Source: Eledone cirrhosa (Eukaryota). From it: a DNA stretch of 64,000 nucleotides. Within the stretch, counting starts at the first letter, position 1. Every line of letters starts with the position of its first letter. This document shows, piece after piece, positions 55,170 to 64,000 of this stretch. The notes beneath the pieces are model-generated. The model saw only the letters and a program-made list of their open reading frames with translations. It was not told the DNA's origin and did no database searches. A program made the position numbers and the translations under genes. The stretch covers positions 201,128,001 through 201,192,000 of the forward strand of contig OZ024743.1 in assembly GCA_964016885.1 (NCBI GenBank), read 5' to 3'.

Positions 55170-55871
55170 TAATGTTTATTGATGTGGCCAATGCTTTGAG
55201 AAAACAACACCAAACTTCAGCACTGAGTATATAAGAAAATCGAAATAACATAAGTAAGCTTCATTCCATCGTCATGTTTATTTGTTTTTTCTGTTCAAAT
55301 TCTAGCTGTCTCAGAAGATCATAGCTGTTGCATAATGGTTATCACCGAAATATATATTAAGTGAATATGATTAAACAAAGCTAATTTTAACCTGTTGACT
55401 TCTTGCTTTTATATATTTACTAGACCACCTGTGATCCGTTGGTTCAAGTTCACTTTAAAATATTTTAAAAAAAATCATGTTCCCTTAAAAATAATTTTTA
55501 TAGCTCTCTTTCATTTTCCTTCTCTATCTCCTTTCTCTTTCTATGTCTCTCTTTCAATCTGCTGTCTCATGACCAATATCTCTTACTCTCAATCTTTCTT
55601 TCTCTATCTAGGGAACCTGTGCTCCAACTTTCGCAAAATTTGTTTTATTCTATTTGTATTCTCATTTCAGAGGCAACTTCCTTTGAAAGTATTTTCCCAT
55701 TATGTGCAGTTTTGGCTGTATTACAGACAAGACAGAATCACAGAGTTTTTGTAGTATATATATATATACAGTGTATCTGTACAGTGTATATCTCTCTCTA
55801 TATATATATATATACACTGTATAGATATACAGTGTATATATATATACAGTGTATATATATATATATATACA

Positions 55872-55921
<50 letters not shown>

Positions 55922-56777
55922 TGTATAGATAAATTAAGATGTGTCTTCCAATAAATGGCTGAATTGGTGTTTTTCCACAATACCCACAATTTAAATTTCT
56001 AGGCGAGAACAGATAACTGAGATAATAGCAAAAGATATTCATTGAGGAATCCAACTGAAATTCACGACTTGTGCAAAACATTAAAACCAATATCGACTGC
56101 AATTTGAATTTCAAATTTAAAAAACAGAAACAAAGAAGAAATGGTGATAATACTAACAATGTTGTGATGTCAAAAAAAAAAAAATTTAAAAATGAATTAG
56201 AGACAAATCTTTTTGGAAAATTCTTCAACATTTTGAGATTAATTCATTGTATAATGTAGCACACCCTTTTAAGAAATGAATAGAAAAAATATCACAAAAC
56301 CTAAATAGCATGTATTCTAGACAGAGTATTAAAATGAAGGAGACCAGGTTATAAATGTGTACATTACATGTTAAGGTCATTGAAATATTTTTAACAACCA
56401 CTTCATTATGCATTGTTCTAAGAAAAGTGATGGAAATTCTGCTGAAACAAAGCCGCATGGTCTGATCTGGCTTGCATGCAACATGTTGCCTCAGATACCA
56501 ATATTAACAGCATGACTAATTTTTACAAGCCCAACCCACACGAAAAAAAAATTTTAAGGAAATGAAGGCCAAGCCACTACTATGGGGTCTAACCTTATAT
56601 ATATATATATAACAAAGAGGGTGTGGTAAGATACCAGGTGAACCATAATGAACCAGAGTACTCAATATTTAAGGAAGTAGAGTGGATAATATGAAAGGAC
56701 TCAGATCTAGCTGTCGAAACGACCGGAGCTCAGCCGTCGGCGTCCTGACTCTGTTCATATATATATATATATGAGTC

Positions 56778-57036
56778 CCGGGTTCAATCATGGGTAACCA
56801 CAGCAAGCAAGTAAGGTACTCAATACATTAGTAGAGTGTAAACATCAAATTTAATATAGAAATAGTTTCTACAGAGCTAGAACTGTTTCATTAGAAAGAA
56901 ATCATCAGGGCTTTCCTGATGATTTCTTTCGAATGAAACTGTTTTAGTCCTGTAGAAGCCATTTCTATATTAAATATTTATACTCTGCTATATATTGAGT
57001 ACCTCACTTACTGTGATTACCCCCAATTGAATCCGG
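56778..57036. mobile_element. Head-to-head palindromic HHR element; relative at ~24700-24770
   Basis: Arms 56778-56910 / 56914-57036 meet immediately 5' of two divergent CTGATGA cores. Confidence 0.75.
56909..56960 (+). ncRNA. Type I hammerhead ribozyme
   Basis: ggctttc-CTGATGA-tttctttcgaat-GAAAC-tg-ttttagtc-ct-GTA-gaagcc; the opposite arm has an intact ACAG/CTGT helix III. Confidence 0.6.
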
Positions 57037-57766
57037 CATGCTCCGCTGGATGTGTAATAGTAATATACGTGAACGGCAAAGCATAAATGAACTAAGTGAG
57101 AAATTAGGAATAAGGAGGATCAGATGCTGTTTACTCGAGAGAAGATTATGTTGGTATGGTCATGTGATGCGCATGAAAGACGACAGCTGTATAAAAAAGT
57201 GCAGGGCGATCAAAATTGATGGTAGTTACAGAGTAGGCAGACCCAGAAAAACCTGGGACGATCTGATAAATTCCGACCTTACACACTTGCACCTCTCTAA
57301 GACAATGTCACCGGATGGAGATCTTTGGTGCTACGCAGTAATACAGAAGACTCGCCTTGCCTATGTACAAAGCGAAACCTACAGTCAGTAGGCACCTCTT
57401 AACCAAATATACACCCCAATCCACTACCCCGTCCCTATCCTCCCACTCCCACCAACACCACCCTCTCTCTATAAAGTTGATACCACAACATCCAGTCCAA
57501 TTAAATGAGATAATGAGATCGAGATTGTGTAGGTGTCACAACAAAAAAACACACAGTCCACGCTGTCATGTGGCCGTGTAGGTAACACAGTAAAAATTTC
57601 CCAGTTCCACACTGTAAATGTGGTTGGTGTTAGGAAGGGCATCCAGCCGTAGAAAACCTGCCAGATAGTCCTATATGAGCAAGACACGGTCACCCAACCA
57701 ACCTTACCTCAAGTGGGACAACTCCCGTCTAACCCATGCTAGTGTGGAAAATGGACATTAAACGAA

Positions 57767-57797
<31 letters not shown>
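57037..57797 (+). mobile_element. RTE LINE 3' fragment
   Basis: MLRWMCNSNIRERQSINEL..GRPRKTW + 3' UTR + (GAT)n. Confidence 0.9.
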
Positions 57798-57799
<2 letters not shown>

Positions 57800-57970
57800 G
57801 ATATATATTTTCTTTCTCATCCTTTTTAAACCATTGACTTGGGCAGTTCTCTGTATTTCATTAGTTTTTTGCCTCTTATCTTTATTTGTTTCAAGGCCAT
57901 TTTTCGAACTAACTTGTTTTAATTTCTCTATTCCTCCTATAATTATTATACTAATCATTATCCTGTGGTT

Positions 57971-58456
57971 TTAACCCTTTTTCCTCCATATTTCTAATGA
58001 AATACGCTGCCTATAATTTTCAAATAATTTTGAAAATAAAGAATTTAAAGTGATTTGCCAATATATTTAACTTTCTCATTATAAAGCTATGTTTGGAAAA
58101 TAACTTGAACCAAGTTCATACATTAACCCTGTAGCATTTAAACCAGCAGTATCCGGCCAGAATTCTCTGAACTCTTTCTGTTCAAAATTGGCTGTAATCT
58201 GCCACTCATACTGATGTTAAGGTACAGTTCTCAAAATAAATAATATCAAAATCTCATAGATTAGATATTATGTGAGATATTTATGTGAGGTAAAGCCTTT
58301 ATCATGAAAATATAATAGTATATATAGAGTAATGTAACTGTTAAAGGGTTAAACTATTATGGAAGGTTTTATGATAAATATAACCACTGTACAACAAATA
58401 GCTTTATATTGAAGTACCAGGAGTGGTTTTAGGCAGTTTAGTATAAGAAGAGTTAA
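57971..58456. mobile_element. TTAA MITE containing a nested second TTAA MITE (58123-58352)
   Basis: Outer ttaaccctttt...aagagttaa; inner ttaaccctgtagc...gttaaagggttaa; an inner-family relative lies at ~38038-38250. Confidence 0.6.
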
Positions 58457-58819
58457 ATAAAGGACCATATGCCTATATAAGAACTCAGAACCATTGTTAT
58501 TATCATTCTGTGTTCAAATCCCACCGAGGTTAACTTTGCCTTTCATCCTTACGGGGTCGATAAAATAAAGTACCAGTAATGCACTGGGTAATTGTTGGCC
58601 TTGTGCCAAAAGTAGAAACAATTATTAATCATAATAATTTCTATGTTAATGCTCCTTAGAAATAATTATCATGATGAATGAGGTTCATAATGTTTTCTAA
58701 ATTGATATAAAATAATAACGGAAGAAAATAATTATCATCCTCATTAATCATAAAAGCGATTTCTAACAAGCAATAACAATCTGTCTTAGATTTAGCTCAT
58801 CTCATCATCATCAACTTCC

Positions 58820-59465
58820 TCTAAGGATCACAGTCAAACATTCTGTCCAGTCCTTGATGTTGAACTAGGTTTTTTCTATCTGTGTCATCTTCATCCATCT
58901 TCAACCGAATTTCAGACAAGAAGTCATGGCATGGCAGTATACATATGTCCATACTAAGTGAGTTTTCATCATTTTACTCCTGCAAATGATGGTTCCTGCT
59001 TGCCAGCATAACTGTTGACTTTCTGCCTGAATATTGCATGTGTTTTTTCTCCCTTTTCTTTTTCATTTTCTCCCATTCCTTGCTCTTCTCACTCATTATC
59101 TTTCTATTTTATCTTTTATTTCTAACTCTTCTAATGAAAGACTTGCCTTACAAGTCATGTGCTCAGTATATGCAATGTGTAGCAGCCTTCTGAAGCATTT
59201 GTCTATGAATGCTTGGATTCTTCATTCTATATCAGCTGTAAGAGTCCAGCTCTCACATCCATACATTAAGATGAAAATCACCAGGGGACATGTATTGTTT
59301 AAGCTTTGTTGGAAAACTGATGGATTGCTTTCCCAAATGATGTTCAACTTCACAATGAAGGATGAAACAAGGCCAATGCTTATTTTATTCCCTTTAGTGA
59401 GATGCTGTCCTTGGTCAAAGATGATCCTAGTTACTAATAGCTGTATCTTACCAAGGTACATTTAA
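58820..59465 (-). mobile_element. Old RTE (BovB-like) RT 3' fragment
   Basis: YLG...ILMYGCESWTLTADIE-RIQAF. Confidence 0.7.
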
Positions 59466-59504
59466 CAAACTATATTTTACCACTAGTATATTATTATCGA
59501 ACTG

Positions 59505-59750
59505 TACCTTAGATGTGTCATATCAAGGTACAATTAACTAACTATAACTTAGATTTACCTCACCTGGGTACATTTAATTAACTATTCCTTAAATTGACCT
59601 CACTTGGGTATAATTAACTAACTATACCTCAAATTTACCTCACCTAGGTACAATTAACTAACTATACCTCAAATTTACATGCCCTGGGTACAATTAACTA
59701 ACTGTACTTTAAATTAATCTCACCTAATAGGATACAATTAATTACATGTA
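59505..59750. repeat. ~40-bp minisatellite, about 6 copies
   Basis: Unit ggtacaattaactaactatacctcaaatttacctcacct. Confidence 0.85.
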
Positions 59751-59798
59751 TCTTGTATTTTTCTCATTGGAGTACAGTTACTAACTGTATATTATATT

Positions 59799-60097
59799 GA
59801 GGGTTAGATTTAGACCTTGGGGTGCCCAGGGCACTTCAGGTTTCAAGGGGCCCCTCATACATAACAAATTAGAATGCACAGCAAATTCCCCAATTTTACA
59901 TATCAAAGTTAGCTTGGCACCAGTAATTGGAATTGAAAAGTTATACATACACGTATTAAATTCAAAAATTCTAACCATCCTAAAGTTAAAAAAGCTCAGC
60001 TAAGGGCACAAATAAATTACTACGGCCGTTACTGGTCCCTCCCCCTATCACTGCAGTGGGCAATTGCCCCCTTTGCTCCTCATTAAATCTGGCCCTG
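59799..60097. mobile_element. hAT-like MITE with an 8-bp TSD
   Basis: attatatt|gagggttagattta...taaatctggccctg|attatatt. Confidence 0.75.
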
Positions 60098-60261
60098 ATT
60101 ATATTTACCTAATCTACCAAGGTACAAATGACTAAATATATTGTAGTTTTAGTTCAGCCTTCATTAAAATGTCATACAATCAAAGACATTCCAGCCAGGA
60201 TCATCCCATCTATTTGTATATCTAGGAATGCTACATTGTCCAATGGATGTTTTGTTTTGAT

Positions 60262-60583
60262 TTGATGATGATGATGATGATGGTGATGGTGATGATGATG
60301 ATGATAATGATGATGGTGATGGTGATGATGATGATGATGATGATGGTGATGGTGATGATGATGATGATAATGATGATGATGATGATGATGGTGGTGATGA
60401 TGATGATAATGATGATGATGATGATGATGGTGATGGTGATGATGATGATGATAATGATGATGATGATGATGATGGTGATGGTGATGGTGATGATGATAAT
60501 GATGATGATGATGATGATGGTGATGGTGATGATGATGATAATGGTGATGGTGATGATGATGATGATAATGATGATGGTGATGG

Positions 60584-60618
<35 letters not shown>

Positions 60619-61078
60619 GTGATGGTGATGATGATGATGATAATGATGATGGTGATGATGATGATGATGATGATGATGGTGATGGTGATGATGATGATGA
60701 TAATGATGATGATGATGATGATGATGGTGAAGGTGATGATGATGGTGACAATAATGACTCTAATAACAATGACAATAAGGCTAATGATAGCAATGATTAT
60801 GACAATGAAGTAATGATCCTAGTAATAACTCTCCTTATGGTCATAATGTTGATGTTGATCTTGTTGTTGTTACTCTTCTTCCACTAGTGTTTATTGTATT
60901 GATGGCAATGTAGATGATCTTGGTCATATATACATTATGTTGATGATGATGATGATGATGATGATAGTGATGATAGTGATGATACTGGTGATACTGATGG
61001 CGATGATGGTGATGATGATGGTGATGGCGATGCTGATGGTGATGGTGATGGTGATGGTGATGATGGTGATGGTGATGG

Positions 61079-61112
<34 letters not shown>

Positions 61113-61221
61113 AGTGTTGGTGGTGATGATGATGGTGATGATGATGATGATGATGGTGATGGTGATGATGATGGTGATGATGATGGTGATGATGATGATC
61201 ATGATGATGATCATGATGATA

Positions 61222-61254
<33 letters not shown>

Positions 61255-61314
61255 GTGGTGATGATGATGATGATGGTGATGATGATGGTGATGATGGTGA
61301 TAATGATGATGATA

Positions 61315-61367
<53 letters not shown>

Positions 61368-61383
61368 AATGATAATGATGATG

Positions 61384-61415
<32 letters not shown>

Positions 61416-61690
61416 GATGGTAATGATGATGATGATGAAGACAATGATGATGATAATGATGATGATAATGATGATGATGATAATGTTGATGGTAATGATA
61501 ATGATGATGATGATGATGGTAATGAGGATAATGAAGATGATGATGATGATGATGATGCCGATGATGATGATAATGATGATGATAATGATGATGATGATAA
61601 TGATGGTAATGATAATGATGAAGACAATGATGATGATGATGATGATGGTGATGATAATGATCATTCCAATATCAATACTACTGATGACAA
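60262..61690. repeat. Long (GAT)n/(GGT) trinucleotide fields
   Basis: Direct inspection; source of the poly-M/I/S ORFs. Confidence 0.95.
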
Positions 61691-61872
61691 TAAGGACCAA
61701 TGATAAACATCATAACAATAGAAGACAGAGACAATATGAGTGAAAAATTAAAAGAATAATACAAAAAAAAAGAATATATATATATATATAACCCTTGTTA
61801 GCAGGAAGAGTGGACGTTAAAATGATGATGATATATATATATATGTATGTATGTATGTGTGTATATATATAA

Positions 61873-61908
<36 letters not shown>

Positions 61909-61916
61909 ATATACAT

Positions 61917-61959
<43 letters not shown>

Positions 61960-62139
61960 GAAGTTGTATTTAATTTGTTGGAATTCCGACAAACATAAAT
62001 ATTTATAACTGATTTAAAGCACCCAACAAGTTACTGGAGTAAATATTCCATGATATTAAATAAATGGAAACTATATTTATAAAACCATATTTATTATATA
62101 TATTTCATGGGTACGTCTTTATTTATACAACAAACTTTG

Positions 62140-62204
62140 TATTTTATCTGATGAAAGCGCACCAAGGTTTGCTTGGTTGCCCTTGAAATATATATAATAA
62201 AATA
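62140..62204 (+). ncRNA. Type I hammerhead within the inverted element 62049-62248
   Basis: tattttat-CTGATGA-aagcgcaccaag-gtttg-cttggttgccctt-GAAA-tatata-TA-ataaaata. Confidence 0.8.
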
Positions 62205-62263
62205 AATATGGTTTTATAAATATAGTTTCCATTTATTTAATATCATGGTGTATATATATATAT

Positions 62264-64000
62264 ATCATCATCATCATTTAACGTCCATTTTCCAGGCTAG
62301 CATGGGTCTGGACAGGAATTGTCCCACTTGAGGCAAGATTTGGTTGTCTTGCTCAGGACTGTCTGGCGGGTTTTCTACGGCTGGATGCCCTTCCTAACAC
62401 CAACCACGTTTACAGTGTGGACTGGGAGGTTTTTTACCATGTTACCTACACGGCCACATTACAGCGTGGATTGTATGTTTTTTTCTCATGACACCTACAC
62501 GACCTCATTTATTTAGGACTGGATGTTGTGGTACCAACATAGCTTTACATCGAAAGGGGTGGTGTAGATGGCGGTGGGGGGTAGGGTTGGGACGGGGGTG
62601 TATTTTGGTTAAGAGGTGCTTACTGACTGTAGGTTTCGCTTTGTACATAGGCAAGGCGGGTCTTCTGTATTACTAGGTAGCGCCAAAGATCTCGGTCCAG
62701 TGACATTGTCTTGGAGAGGTGTAAGTGTGTGAGGTCGGATTTTATCAAGTCGACCCAGGTTTTTCTGGGTCTGCCTACTCCATAGCTACCATCTATTTTG
62801 ATCGCCCAGCACTTTTTTATACAGCTGTCATCTTTCATGCGCATCACGTGACCGTACCAACGTAGTCTTCTCTCGAGTAAACAACATCTGATCCCTCTTA
62901 TTCCTAATTTCTCCCTTAGTTCGTTTATGCTTTGCCGTTCACGTATATTACTATTACACATCCAATGGAGCATGCAAGCTTCGTTCCTCTCCACTCTGCA
63001 TATGTCCTCTGCACACAGTGCCCATGTCTCACTGCCATGTAACATCTATGTTCGTATGCAAGCATCATACAGCCTGCCTTTTATTTTTAGAGAGAAACCT
63101 TTAGCGGCCAATAGTGGTATAAGCTCTCTGAACTTTTTCCATCCCGTTCGGACTCTAGCTACTGTACTTTCAGAGCACCCTCCACCACTGCTGATTTTGT
63201 CACCCAGGTAACGGAAGGTGTCCAGTATTTCTATAGAACCATCTGGGCAATGGAATGAGCTAGTATTCTGTGGGCATTTGCTGCTACTTATTGCACCAGA
63301 GCACCGGCCACATATAAAATCTATATTCTTAGTTATCTTACCTGTGATCCCACTACATCTTTTATGCACCTATACTTTGCATTTGGGACATAAAATGGAG
63401 TTTCTGCCTACTCCTTTCCTACACACTGAGTATGGCCATTTCCCAGATGGGACCAGTGCCCTATTCTCCTTCCTACAGATTAGGGCTTTAGTCTTAGACA
63501 AGTTAACTTTAAGGCCTTTTGATTCTAGGCCATGTTTCCATGTTTGGAATTTCTTCTCTAGTTCAGCCATCGATTCAGCTATGAGCATTAGGTAATCTGC
63601 GTATAGAAGTTCCCATGGGCAGCTGGTCTTGAACTCCTCCGTTATAGCTTGGAGGGTGATAATAAATAGGAGGGGGCTAAGGACGAGCCCTGATGAACAC
63701 CAACTTTTACGCTAAACTCTTCACTATATTTGTTGTTAATTCTAACCTTGCTGACTGTTTCTTTGTACATGGCTTGTATAGCTCTCACAAGCCATTCATC
63801 TATACCTAATTTTCTAAGAGCGCACCAGATAATGGAGCGGGGGACTCTGTCAAAGGCTTTCTCCAAGTCTACAAAAGCTAAGTAGAGGGGTTTACTTTTA
63901 GCTAGGTACTTCTCCTGTAGTTGTCGTACAATGAAAAGAGTGTCTGTGGTACTTTTACCTGACAGAAACCCAAACTACATTTCATCTAGATTAATTCGCT
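62264..64000 (-). mobile_element. RTE LINE (same family as 12805-15846), runs off the window end, disrupted
   Basis: EKAFDRV, GVHQGS, PHD-like Cys/His cluster, FRYLG, HGSETW, 3' UTR. Confidence 0.95.

Overview
AT-rich, microsatellite-dense eukaryotic (animal) DNA with no supportable intact host protein-coding gene. The repeat complement suggests a coleoid cephalopod such as Octopus (inference). Almost all ORFs in the track are simple-repeat artefacts or transposon fragments. Recognisable elements are RTE LINEs (two long copies with a PHD-like finger plus many 3' fragments), an R4/Dong-type REL fragment, a decayed Penelope-like (RT-thumb + GIY-YIG) ORF, a rearranged mariner, a DD37D (maT) transposase, MITEs and two tRNA-derived SINE families. 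The main result is a dense set of non-coding elements inserted in (TA)n tracts that carry type I hammerhead ribozyme (HHR) motifs: about 10 with a recognisable full core and about 10 degenerate or half copies, from several unrelated families. They typically form head-to-head inverted arms with 3' ends pointing outward. Two of them (467-bp and 485-bp units) are longer-than-unit, circularly permuted copies, as expected for cDNA copied from a circular or multimeric self-cleaving RNA. This points to retrozyme-like elements, probably mobilised by Penelope-like machinery. All structures were read by eye, so coordinates may be off by a few bases.
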